Shown here in pieces: positions 9,165-19,062 of a stretch of 24,289 nucleotides of DNA. Positions within the stretch are counted from its first letter, which is position 1; every line of letters starts with the position of its first letter. Under the pieces are notes generated by a model, which did no database searches, was not told the DNA's origin, and worked only from the letters and a program-made list of their open reading frames with translations. The position numbers were made by a program, and so were the translations under genes. Origin of the DNA: Prasinococcaceae sp. CCMP 1430 (taxonomy: Eukaryota > Plantae > Prasinodermophyta); contig RQSC01000026.1 in the NCBI GenBank assembly GCA_013416795.1, positions 270,349 to 294,637 on the forward strand, in the 5' to 3' direction.

Positions 9165-9192
9165 TTGGTTGGTTGGTTGGTAGGTTGGTTGG
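9165..9192. repeat. Imperfect (TTGG)n microsatellite
   Basis: ttggttggttggttggtaggttggttgg. Confidence 0.85.
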
Positions 9193-9587
9193 GCAACCTC
9201 AGTGTTGTATGACGGGATCGATACGAGTGGGTCTGCAACATGATTGGTCGGCGCCGCTCCCGCCCCAGGCAGCCGACCGCCCAGCCCGGCTCTGCCTGTC
9301 CTATGCGATCAAAACCGGGCCAAGGATACAAAGCAAGGTCCTCCGGCCGTCGGAGACCGGTTCGGATTCCGGACCAAGAACTCAGTCAGGACTCCTGCTG
9401 GGCCTCTCGCTCGGTCGGTCGGCAGCGGCGGGTCTCGCGCGCGAGCTGGAGCGCCACCGATATTTGTCCGGCCTGTCGAGCGGCTGCTGCTGATGCAGCA
9501 CTGGCGGTGGACACGCGGGCATCTCAGATGCTTTGGGCCGGTGATGGCGGGCCGGTGCGGTGGCGCCTCTTGTGCAGCTCATGACAG

Positions 9588-10790
9588 CGGCTGCGGACAG
9601 GCGGCGCCGGCGCCCCAGCGGCGAGCGGCGCGGCGGGCGGCGACGTGCGTGTGGCGGTGTTCTCGGCGATGCCGTACATGCAGCGGGCGCAGATCGACGT
9701 GCTTGAGCGTGCCTTTCCCGGAGGGGTCGAGTGCTACGACGCCGCGCTTTCCGTCGCGACGGCGCCGCTGGTGTCGCTCTCGCACGGCGGCCGCGGCGCC
9801 AACGCGGTGTGCCTGTTCGTGAACGATGACGCCGGCGCCGGCTCGATCCACGCCCTCGCGGACAACGGCATTAGGCACATCGCCATGCGCTGTGCCGGCT
9901 ACGACCGAGTGGACCTCGATGCGTGCGAGCAGAGGGGCATCTCCGTCACGCGCGTGCCCGCCTACAGCCCCCACGCCATAGCCGAGCACGCTGTGGCGCT
10001 CATGCTGGCGCTCAACCGGCAGCTCGTGAAGGCCTCGATGCGCGTCATTCAGGGAAACTACTCGCTCTCGGGCCTCGTGGGCTTCAACATGCACGGGAAG
10101 ACGGTCGGGGTCATCGGCACAGGCAAGATAGGCCGCTGCACCATCGACATTCTACTGGGCATGGGCTGCAGGGTGCTCGCGCACGACCTGTACCCAAACG
10201 AGGAGATGTTGAGCAAGGGCGTCGAGTACCTGTCCCTCGAAGAGCTGCTCCCACAGAGCGACATCGTGACACTGCACTGCCCCCTCAATTCGACGACGCA
10301 GCATCTCATGAACGAGAACCGCCTGTCGCAGATGAAACACGGCGCCATGCTCATCAACACGAGCAGAGGCGCGCTCGTCGAGACGCACGCGCTAGACAAG
10401 GCCCTCGAGCGGAGGCAGGTCGGCAGCGTGGGCATGGACGTGTACGAGAATGAGTCGGGCCTGTTCTTCACCGACAGTGCGTGCGCAATACCCGCTGCCC
10501 CACACGCGACACCCGCGTGCGCCACCACTCGCGACTTGGCCGCTCAATCGCTGACGCGGCGCACAGCGTCACAATTCACGGACAACATGCCCGGCGCGTC
10601 ACTGCCGCACCTCGGTGCGTGGGACTACGCGCTGCACTCGCTGGCGGCGCGCCCGAACGTCTTGGTCACGCCCCACCAGGCGTTCCTCACGCAAGAGGCG
10701 CTCCAGAACATTGCCGACACCACCGTCCTCAACCTCAACGAGTTCGCCTCGGGCGTCGAGTCGTACACGAACGGGGTCACCTCCCACTGA
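9588..10790 (+). CDS. ldhA: D-lactate dehydrogenase / D-2-hydroxyacid dehydrogenase (LdhA-like); intron 10477-10566; first exon unresolved
   Basis: VCLFVND, IAMRCAGYDRVDL, RVPAYSPHAIAEH, GKTVGVIGTGKIG (Rossmann fold), LHCPL, LINTSRGALV, MDVYENE, NVLVTPHQAFLTQEAL. A GTGCGT..GCTGAC..CAG intron removes a 30-aa non-homologous insert. The frame is closed by TGA at 9582-9584, so an upstream exon is needed. Confidence 0.9.
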   Translation, partial: RLRTGGAGAPAASGAAGGDVRVAVFSAMPYMQRAQIDVLERAFPGGVECYDAALSVATAPLVSLSHGGRGANAVCLFVNDDAGAGSIHALADNGIRHIAMRCAGYDRVDLDACEQRGISVTRVPAYSPHAIAEHAVALMLALNRQLVKASMRVIQGNYSLSGLVGFNMHGKTVGVIGTGKIGRCTIDILLGMGCRVLAHDLYPNEEMLSKGVEYLSLEELLPQSDIVTLHCPLNSTTQHLMNENRLSQMKHGAMLINTSRGALVETHALDKALERRQVGSVGMDVYENESGLFFTDSACAIPAAPHATPACATTRDLAAQSLTRRTASQFTDNMPGASLPHLGAWDYALHSLAARPNVLVTPHQAFLTQEALQNIADTTVLNLNEFASGVESYTNGVTSH

Positions 10791-10803
10791 CGCCCACTTG
10801 CGA

Positions 10804-10827
10804 TGTAACTTGTATGGCACACTGTAT
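10804..10827 (+). terminator. Probable green-algal polyadenylation signals (TGTAA, TGTAT x2) downstream of ldhA
   Basis: TGTAA 13 nt after the stop plus two TGTAT copies; UGUAA is the known chlorophyte poly(A) signal. Confidence 0.55.
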
Positions 10828-11041
10828 GAGTGCAAATTAGAGAGCTTTACGATGTATCGATGAGTAGTGACTACACACTGTACATGCATGTGTGGTGTTG
10901 GTGTGTGTGTGGGGGGGGGGGGGCGGGCGGCACATGCGGTCGTGCGCCGCGCGCCCTCATTCTACGATGGACACAGTCGAAATGTGTCCGCAGGAAAGGG
11001 ATTGACGCTTCCGAAGGTGCAATCACCATGCGCTCATTCAC

Positions 11042-13012
11042 TCACGCGCGGGAGGTCGGCGGCATATCCACGACCTCCGCCACGACGGCGGCGTCGACGG
11101 CCGCCAAGTCGCCGGGCATTGCGACGATGACCGCGCTGTCGGGCAGCCGGGCCTTGGTGGTGGACGAGCCCGAAGCTCTGGGCCTTGCGTTCATGCCGAC
11201 ATGCGCAGGAGCGGGCCTCACCACCATGCGCTTGCGGGACAGCATTGTGGCGGCGACAAGCAGGGAGACGAGCAGGGCCGCGCCACCCAGGCACATGCCG
11301 ATGAACGCGAAGTTCCAGCGGTCGGTCTCGCCCTCTCGGAGCACGCTCTCCGGCTCGCCCTCGTCGTTGGGGAAGCGGTCCGCTGGCTTGCCGTGGGGCT
11401 TGCCGACGTGAATGTCAGCAGCGTCATGCGCCGACACCGACACGTAGATGGTGAAGGTCTCGCCCGTAGTCGGGTGCGTAAGGACGGTGGGCATCTCGAC
11501 TGTCGAACCTGCAGCAATGGCTCCGTCCCCGACGTGCACGCCGAAGCCGCCGAGGGCCTCCACGTGCTCGCCCTCCTCAAGGCACGCCATGTGGTCGTGC
11601 TCTCCACCGCGCGGGTGCGGGTGGTCGTCCTCCTCCGCCTCACCGTGCGGGCGCTTGCATGGATGCGGGACGTGCGATGCCGGCAGCGACGACGTCATGG
11701 CTCTCATCGAGTCCAGCGCCGCCTGCACGTCGTGGGACGCGTCGCCTGACGAGCCGACCAGGCCGAAGAGCGTGCACTCAATGTCGATAGTGCCGAGGGC
11801 GTTCGCGATGCGGCTGCCCGTCAGGTTGAAACTTCCGTCGCCGGTGGCGTTGGCGACAGCGCCGATCGCAGTGGTGAACAGGCCCGCGACCGAGCCGTCG
11901 GCGCCGCGCTGCACGCAGCTCGAAAACGCGCCGTTCAGGTAGCTCTGCGCGATGCCCATCGCCGAGGCGAGGTCGACCGAAAGCATCGGCGGCATGGCAG
12001 AGTCGGCGGCGGGATCGTCCGCCACGACGCCCACCCAGGGAATGCCCGCACCCATGACGCCAAAAGGGTACTCCGTGCCCATCGTATGGGTGACCGCGCC
12101 CTCCTCGACCGCAGCAGCGTGAATGGCCGTCGCATCTTGCTCAAGCCACTCCTTCCACCACAGATTCTCAGCGCCCTCTCGCTCGAGCTCGGCGATGCGC
12201 TCTTCGGCGGCCGCCAGGCGCGCCTCAAGGTCCCAAATCGCCGAATCGTGGTGTTCGTCCGCGCCGTCCCAAGCCACCCCACTGAGCGAATACATCTCAG
12301 ATGATAGCTCAGCCAGAGTGGCATTGAACTCGGCGAACAGCTCGCCCAGGAGTGAGTCGCTAAGGAAGCCATAGTCGTAGTCATAGTCGTAAGAGCTCCA
12401 GTTCCAGTACGAATACGAGTACGCGTACGAGTACGGGTACGAGTACGAGTAGTCGTAGTCATAGAAGTACGAGTAGTCGTAATCGCACCAGTCCATCCAG
12501 CCGCCAAACGGCCCCGCCCACGAGTAGTCGTAGTCGTAGTCGTAGTCGTTGCGCCATTGTGGCACGCTGAACCAGTCGTGATACTTCTTGTCACGATGGC
12601 GGTCATGGCGGTCATGGTGGCCGTCGCGGTGGTGGCCCTTCTTGTCGTCCCGGTGGCTCCAAGTGAATGAGGTGTGGTGGCCGAAATCGACTTCCACGAC
12701 ACCATCGTTCTCGGCCTCGGCGGCGTTATCCCCCCAGGACACCTCAAACCAGCCGCTGCCATCGCTGTCTTCGTAGCTGCTGAACCAGCTCGAAGGCCAG
12801 CCCGACTCCTCGGTGTTGTTGTAATCGGTGGGCGCCGGCGCGTAGGCGCCGTAAAAGATGGACTCGAGCAGGCCGCCGGCGTCGTTGCTCGAATGGTCGT
12901 CGGCAGACGAGGGGGTGCTTGACCAAAAGAAGCCCTCAACGGACACCGCGGCGAGCGGTGCGGCGAGCGCAGCGAGCGTGAGCGCCGTGCCTGGTCGGCG
13001 CATTGCCGCCAT
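11042..13012 (-). CDS. Uncharacterised type I membrane protein (656 aa): signal peptide, His-rich block, YD/YS repeats, coiled coil, one C-terminal TM
   Basis: N-terminal MAAMRRPGTALTLAALAAPLAAVSVEG; GHHRDGHHDRHDRH; DYDYDYDYSW..YDYDYSYSYPYSYAYSYSYW; WDLEARLAAAEERIAELERE; TM FAFIGMCLGGAALLVSLLVAATML followed by basic SRKR. Confidence 0.8.
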   Translation of the reverse strand: MAAMRRPGTALTLAALAAPLAAVSVEGFFWSSTPSSADDHSSNDAGGLLESIFYGAYAPAPTDYNNTEESGWPSSWFSSYEDSDGSGWFEVSWGDNAAEAENDGVVEVDFGHHTSFTWSHRDDKKGHHRDGHHDRHDRHRDKKYHDWFSVPQWRNDYDYDYDYSWAGPFGGWMDWCDYDYSYFYDYDYSYSYPYSYAYSYSYWNWSSYDYDYDYGFLSDSLLGELFAEFNATLAELSSEMYSLSGVAWDGADEHHDSAIWDLEARLAAAEERIAELEREGAENLWWKEWLEQDATAIHAAAVEEGAVTHTMGTEYPFGVMGAGIPWVGVVADDPAADSAMPPMLSVDLASAMGIAQSYLNGAFSSCVQRGADGSVAGLFTTAIGAVANATGDGSFNLTGSRIANALGTIDIECTLFGLVGSSGDASHDVQAALDSMRAMTSSLPASHVPHPCKRPHGEAEEDDHPHPRGGEHDHMACLEEGEHVEALGGFGVHVGDGAIAAGSTVEMPTVLTHPTTGETFTIYVSVSAHDAADIHVGKPHGKPADRFPNDEGEPESVLREGETDRWNFAFIGMCLGGAALLVSLLVAATMLSRKRMVVRPAPAHVGMNARPRASGSSTTKARLPDSAVIVAMPGDLAAVDAAVVAEVVDMPPTSRA

Positions 13013-14136
13013 CGCTCCTCCCTGGCGCATGCCGTGCGCAGCGCCCAGGAGAAGTCTGCCTCCGGGCGGCAAAGGCGGGGAGGCGCGCGAGCGCCGCCCT
13101 CGCCTTCCCTCCACAAGCCAGCCACCGCCGTGCGTGCAGGCTGTGGCAGACACGCGCCGCGGGCGCCACACCCGCGCGCGCCACGGCACGCGCGCACTAC
13201 GCTACGCTGCCCGCGCCGCCCGCGCGAGAAAGAGCGCGCGCGCGCACGACGCGCGCCACAACCCCAACCTCACACGCTCCGCGCTCGACGCGACCACGCT
13301 CGTCAAAAATCACCTCCTTGTTGTGCCAATACAAACCCTACTACTGCTTCGAACCTTAAATCTGCGGTGGGGGCTGGCCGCGCGCCACGCGGGGCGGGGC
13401 GGCCATAGTGGGCTCGCGTGCGTTTTGATGTGAGATTTCGCACGCGCGCGCGCGCGCGCGCCCTCGCGCCTCGCGGGCGCGCGCGCGTCCGTGTTCGTCC
13501 CCCGCGACTGGCGTGTGCTCCACGCCCCACATGCGGTGGCAAGGCGCCGCGCCTCGGTCGGACGCCCCTGCCTGCCTGTGGCGGTTGGCGCTCCGGCCAG
13601 TCAGGTGCGTGCCTGCCCGTCGGGGCTGGCGGCGAGGCTGGCGGCTGCGGAAGCGCGGCGTGGGGGCAGGCTGGCGGAGCCCACCTGGCGCCTCGGGGAA
13701 CTGCAGCGCGCGCCTCGGGGAACTGCGGAACCGCTCCGCGCGGCGGCGGCCCGACAGAGGAGCGGTTGCGCATGGCGGCAGATGGCTGTGGGCAGCCGAA
13801 AACGCGGGGATAGCATGCCCGAATGTTGGAAGCCATCACCGCACATGTGGCCGGGATCGGTCCTCCGTGAAATATTCCTGCTGGTCAAAATGCAGAGGGA
13901 AAACAGACAGAGACCCACACACATGGAGCGGCGCAGGACCCGCCGCGCGCGCCGGGCGCGCGTCACGGCCGTTACCCGAACTGGCGCAAGTCCTTGCCGA
14001 CGGCGCCCGCGACGCCACAGCACGGGGCGGGTGCAGGCCACCAAAGCGTGATCGGCGGCGTCGCGCGCGTGCGCTCCGCGAGGGCGGAGGCACGCGCGCT
14101 CGGGCGTGCGCTGAAGCACGCGTAGGCGCGTCAGCG

Positions 14137-16083
14137 ATGAGCGCACCCAATGAAACCCGGGATGACTGGAAATTCGACGTCGCCTCGCGCCTCGCTGAGA
14201 CCGTGTACCTCAAGCGCCAGTCGCTGCGCGAGTTCTTCGCCAAGGCCGACGCTGGCCGCAGCGGCAAACTAACGCACGACAACTTCAAGTCTGCGCTCAC
14301 AGAATGGGGCGTAACAGCGGGCCTGACCAAGGCGGAGCTCGACGCGCTCGCCGTTGACGTGGACGCCGATGGCGACGGTTTTATCGAGTGGGACGAGTTT
14401 GTGGCACGCTTCGATCTGCACACGGGCAGCGTCGGCAAAGGGGGGGCGCGCGCCGCGCGGCTACAAGAGCTCGCGCAGGTGCTCTATGACCAGAGAGGCC
14501 CCGTCATGAAGTCGTTCAAGGAGGCAGATACAAAGGGTGAGGGCGTGCTCGACTATCCGACCTTCTGCGCCGCCCTGGTGTCCCTGCAGGCAGGCGTTAC
14601 GTACGCCGAGGCGGAGGAGCTCGCGCGCCACGCTGACAAGAACGGCGACGGCCACGTCAACTTCAGTGAGTACGCCGCGAGCTTCGTTGTGAAGGATACG
14701 TGGCGGTTGCTCAAATTCTCGGTGGGCGGCTGCGCTGCCGAAGAGGTCTGTGAGTCTGTGTACCGTAAGCGCGACCACATGCTCGGGCTGTTGTACTCAG
14801 CCGACGAAGCCGCGACGGGCCTGCTGCCGCTTGCCACGATGAGGGAGCTCCTTGAGCCACTCGGCAAGGGGCTGACGCCGCAGACCTGGGCGGCCCTGTG
14901 TTCAACCATCAAGGCCTTTGCTATCGCGCAGGACGCACACGACAGCGCTCCGCTGGGGAGCGCCAAGACACCTAGGGCCGCTTACTCGCCGGTCAAGGTG
15001 GACGACTCAACAGGTGTGGACTACGCGGGGTGGGTGGGATCCTTCGTGCCGGTGTCAGTGGGACTCCCGCATGGCGGGCGCTCTGCGGCGCTGCGCCTGG
15101 TGGCCCATGCGCTATACGCCAACCGCCTGCGCCTCACAGACTTCTTCCGCCAGCTTGACAAGGACCGCAACGGAACAGTCACGCTGAGCGAGTTCCGCAC
15201 CACGCTGGTCAAGATGCGCCTGGGCATTCCCCTGAAGGACATCGACGAGCTCTTCGCAGTTGGAGATACGTCTGGCGCCGGCAAGCTGTCGTACGACGAA
15301 TTCCTGACGCGCTTCTTCATCGTGGATAAGCGCAAAGTGGCGAGGGAGCAGTCGCAAGAGGGCACCGCCGCGAGTGGTGCGGCGGACGCGCGGGCCCAAG
15401 AAGCTACAGAAATGTCCGAGGACCGCGCGGCAACGCTGATTGCGTCTGGATATCGAGGGATGATGGCGAGGAAGCAGTGCCGTGAGAAGCGCGAGGAGGC
15501 ACGCGCTGCGCGTGAGGAGGCCGAAGCCGCGGCGGCCGCGGTGATCACGCGGCACGCACAGGGTTACATTGCGCGGCGTCGCGTGGCCGAGACGCGCGCC
15601 GCGGAGCGCTCCTGCAAGGAGGTGGATCGTGAGTGCTTGGTGGTTGTTGCGCGCGCTCGCGACTACATGAGCGCGCTTGGCCAGCGGCTGGGGAGCCTCT
15701 CGGACGGGCGATCAAAGGAGCGGCCCTCGAGCAGCCGCAAGGGCGCCGAGGCGCTGCGCGTGCTCGCCGCCGCGGCCGCCATCCGCAACCACTGGGGCCC
15801 CGAGGAGACGTTTGACTTCATCGCCTCCACCACCAAGCTCGTCCAGTATGCCGACTGTTTCAAGCTCAACCTGGTCACCGGCAAGAGGCTTTGCAAGCTG
15901 CGTATGATGCATCTCACTAGATTGGGGATCCAGCTGCACGACCATCAGCGGATTCTCATGGTGGCCATCCACGAGGCGCAGAATGTCGCCAGCCAGACCG
16001 CCATTCTCGAGGCGATCGACGCGGCAGGGGAGGACGACGCTGCGCCATACCTAAGCCTCGTCACTTGGGAGGACGAAGCTTGA
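14137..16083 (+). CDS. Multi-EF-hand protein with two IQ-like motifs and a C-terminal SAM-like domain (648 aa)
   Basis: EF loops DAGRSGKLTHDNF, DADGDGFIEWDEF, DTKGEGVLDYPTF, DKNGDGHVNFSEY, DKDRNGTVTLSEF, DTSGAGKLSYDEF plus two degenerate ones. IQ-like AATLIASGYRGMMARK and AAVITRHAQGYIARR. SAM-like WGPEETFDFI..LVQYADCFKLNLVTGKRLCKL..LTRLGI..DHQRILMVAI. Confidence 0.85.
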   Translation: MSAPNETRDDWKFDVASRLAETVYLKRQSLREFFAKADAGRSGKLTHDNFKSALTEWGVTAGLTKAELDALAVDVDADGDGFIEWDEFVARFDLHTGSVGKGGARAARLQELAQVLYDQRGPVMKSFKEADTKGEGVLDYPTFCAALVSLQAGVTYAEAEELARHADKNGDGHVNFSEYAASFVVKDTWRLLKFSVGGCAAEEVCESVYRKRDHMLGLLYSADEAATGLLPLATMRELLEPLGKGLTPQTWAALCSTIKAFAIAQDAHDSAPLGSAKTPRAAYSPVKVDDSTGVDYAGWVGSFVPVSVGLPHGGRSAALRLVAHALYANRLRLTDFFRQLDKDRNGTVTLSEFRTTLVKMRLGIPLKDIDELFAVGDTSGAGKLSYDEFLTRFFIVDKRKVAREQSQEGTAASGAADARAQEATEMSEDRAATLIASGYRGMMARKQCREKREEARAAREEAEAAAAAVITRHAQGYIARRRVAETRAAERSCKEVDRECLVVVARARDYMSALGQRLGSLSDGRSKERPSSSRKGAEALRVLAAAAAIRNHWGPEETFDFIASTTKLVQYADCFKLNLVTGKRLCKLRMMHLTRLGIQLHDHQRILMVAIHEAQNVASQTAILEAIDAAGEDDAAPYLSLVTWEDEA

Positions 16084-16412
16084 ATGCGCGTGGCGAGACG
16101 CCGGGCGGGCGGGCCGCCCCGCTCGCGTACCCTGCCGTGCCGCGTGGCTCCGCCGCGACAATCGACAAGCGGGCGCCTTCCTTTTTGTTCTCGTCCTTCT
16201 CGGGGGGCGGGCGAGGGCATCTCAAGGTACTGAGCTGAGTAGCAAATGGCGCGGGGTGCTTCATTCCACCGAGCGCATACTAGACGGCGGCACGCATCGC
16301 CTTGAGTGCGCCTCATGGACGCCGGAAGCCCATCCATAACAACCAGACAGACTGTCATAATTACATGCCGCTCGTGGCAAGCGCGCGCAATCGGGGCCCC
16401 GGCATGCCATGT

Positions 16413-18087
16413 CTAGCGCGTGACTGTGGCTACATCAGGGATGGCCACTGGCCTGTCGTCAGCCCCGCTCGGTGGTCCAAGTGCCGCCAGCGCCTGAGCG
16501 GTGGCGCCTGCTGCTTCAGCTGCGTGCCGAAGCGCGTTGGCGGCGCGCTGCCGCTCCTCGGCCGCACGACCCGCTGCGTCGCGCTCTCGCGTGGCGAGGG
16601 CCGCGAGGAGCTCCGCGCTGGCGAAGCACCCTCGTGCACCCCACTGACGAAGCGCCAGAGCGCGCACGATGCGGTACACGCCGACGCGCTGCGCGGTGCC
16701 ATCTGCGCCCGAAGGGGCGCGCTCAATCAGCCACCACAGCGCCCCGCCGAGGCCCGGCGACGCCAGCTCGGAGAGCGCACCCTCCACCGCTGTCTTCAGG
16801 CACTCCTCGGCGGTTGGGGAGAGCGCTACATCCATGGCGAGGCTGTCGGCGCCTGCGAGCGTTGCGAGGGTGTGTGCAGCTGCCGCACGGACATCTGGCA
16901 GGGGTCGGCGCGCGCCTGCCCCCAGCGCAGCACCGCAGAGCCCGCGGGCGACGCCATCGATGGCAAATACCACTTCCGCGGGGGCATACGACAGCGCATC
17001 GCGTGCCGCCGCCTCGAGGCCCGGATCGCCCATCTCGGCAGCCCTGCGCGCGAGCGTGGCCGTGGCGCGCACCAGCCTTTCGGCATCAGCGGCTGTCGCC
17101 GCCTTAGCGGCGCGGCACGCAGCAGCGGCGATGATGGGGCAGAGCGATGGGTCGGGGGCGTCGCTGGACGCCTGGCTCTCAACAATCGGAACGAGCGTCG
17201 ACGCGACCACAGAACCACAAGCCTCTGCGGCGCCGCCGTCGGCGATCTGCGCGAGCAGTTCGACGCCATTCAGCCGCTCGAGGATGTCATCTGTGTCACC
17301 CGCACTCGCGCATATGGCTGCCAAGAGGGGGGATGCGGCCAGCGCGGCAGCACCCTCTGGCGAGCCCCCTCCGCAAGCTACAGCAGCACTCATCGCCCTC
17401 ACACGCGCGTTCGCACCGCCGCTGGAGGCCACGAGCGCAGCCAACGGCGAGGTGTCCGCGAGAAGCGATTGTGCCAGCGCGCTGTCCCCAGTGCTCGCCA
17501 TCGCGGCGAGCGCTCGCTCGGCGAGCGCGGCGTCCTCCGCGTCGCCGTTCTCAAGTAGCGCACACAGCAATGGCGCGATACCGTCGGCGTCTCCTTCACG
17601 CAAGTCACCTCCGCGAGAGAAATGCGCACGCACCGCCTTCAGCGCGAGCCTTAGCGCCCACCCACGATCAAGCGCATCAGTCAGCAGCCTGGTGCCAGCG
17701 CGAGCGCATCTCCGACACGCGGTGCGGCGTTCGGCGCAGCGCCGGGCAGCGCACGCACCTGCGAGCAGGCTCCGCCACTTCGCCAGCGTCAGGCGCAAGC
17801 GCCGCCCGAGCACCGGCAAGAATCGCCTCCGCCGACGCCCTGTCTGCACGCAGGGCCTCATCCCCCGCCTCGGTGGCCACCACCTTGTCCATTGCGCGGC
17901 ATATCACCAGCTGGAGCGCGCCATCGCCAGCGCGGCCCGCCTCGGCGAGGGCGTCGAGCGCCGCCGCCGGCGGGCACCCCGCGAGGAACGCCTCCACGTC
18001 GGCCGCCCGCGGGCCTCCTGCGGCCGCGCGCGCGACGAGCTCCGCGCACGCCCCCTCCACATCCGCTGACGCGCCTCCCGACCCCAT
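16413..18087 (-). CDS. PSMD5: 26S proteasome assembly chaperone PSMD5 (S5b/Hsm3)-like ARM/HEAT protein; exons 18087-17759 and 17688-16413 (534 aa)
   Basis: A 70-nt GTGCGT..CAG intron joins two ORF-track frames. Motifs ARVRAMSAAV..SPE..LLAAI..DDILERLNGVELL, RVGVYRIVRALALRQW and terminal GPP..PDVATVTR resemble the PSMD5 family, and the length fits. Confidence 0.7.
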
Positions 18088-18199
18088 TGACGCCCGCCCT
18101 ACCCAGCACCCAGCACCCGCCCCGCCTCCCTCCTCGCGCGCTGGCGCTCGCCGCCGCAATTCGCCCATCGAACCCCATCCAACGCCGAAAACCATTCGC

Positions 18200-18228
18200 C
18201 CATCCATCCATCCATCCATCCATCCATC
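18200..18228. repeat. (CCAT)7 microsatellite upstream of the PSMD5-like gene
   Basis: ccatccatccatccatccatccatccatc. Confidence 0.9.
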
Positions 18229-19062
18229 GATCGAAGCTCCGCCGGATCGCGATCCTCACGAATGCACCAACGGCGACGAAGTCTTTCGAATTCGACAGAC
18301 CAGACCCATCCCAGCAGCGCATCGGTCGGTCGGGTGCCCGGCTGCCCGCCTGCTGCAGGCCAGGCTCTCAGCCAGCCTGCAGCAGCTGCTGCAGGCTCTG
18401 CCGCTGCCGCTGCTGCCCGCGCGCGGCGCGCCCGCTGCCGGCCGATCGGGCCCGCGCGCCTCCCTCTTCCCCATCCTCCTGCCAGCGCGCCGCGTTTCGC
18501 GCCGACTGCCCCCCTCCCCTCCACCCCCCCCCCGAACCCATCGCCGCGCATGCGCTTCCCCCGCCCGAAAACGCAGACCCGCGGCGCTTTCGCGCGCGCG
18601 CGGGCGGAAAACGCACGCGCGCGCGCGCCGAAAAGTGGCGGCGGGTGCGCGCGCTGCTGCTGCTAGCTCGCCACCGTCCCCGCGCGCGGCAGCGCGCTGC
18701 AATCGCCGCCGCCGGGCGAGCGCCGGGCACGCTCCGGGAAAAAAACGCCCGCGAAAATGGGGGTCCGTCCGCTCTCCGAGTGTGCGTTCCAACGCACCTC
18801 CCAAATCTCTGCAATCTCAATCTGCAGTTTGGCGTTTGTGTTTGTAGCCAGTTGCGTTTGATGAGTACTTATGGATCTACGTCAAATTCCCCCACGGGCT
18901 CCTGATGAGGGGCGTACGGGGGGGCGGTGCCGCGCCCCCCGCCGCGTGCGGCGGCCGCGCGTCGTTTAGGGCGGCGGCGCGCGGGGCGCCGGGGCGTCAG
19001 AGTGCGAGGAAGGCAATGGAGGCGCTCGTGACTGCGGGCGTGGTGCGCGCGGCGCGGCCACG

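Noticed and set aside
12370-12550. Hexamer tandem repeats as a CRISPR array or satellite
   Set aside because: They are in-frame Tyr-Asp/Tyr-Ser codons of a CDS; there are no 25-40 nt repeats with unique spacers.
13303-14136. N-terminal 208-aa extension of the 856-aa EF-hand ORF and overlapping antisense ORFs
   Set aside because: Low-complexity Arg/Ala/Gly sequence in a divergent promoter/UTR; protein-like sequence starts at ATG 14137.
18580-18765. E2F-like TTTCGCGC / GCGAAAA motifs (also near 8545-8590 and 23610-23800)
   Set aside because: Short words expected often in GCGC-rich DNA; cannot be supported without enrichment statistics.
18902-18970. CTGATGAG resembling a hammerhead ribozyme core
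   Set aside because: No stem II closing with C-GAAA downstream.
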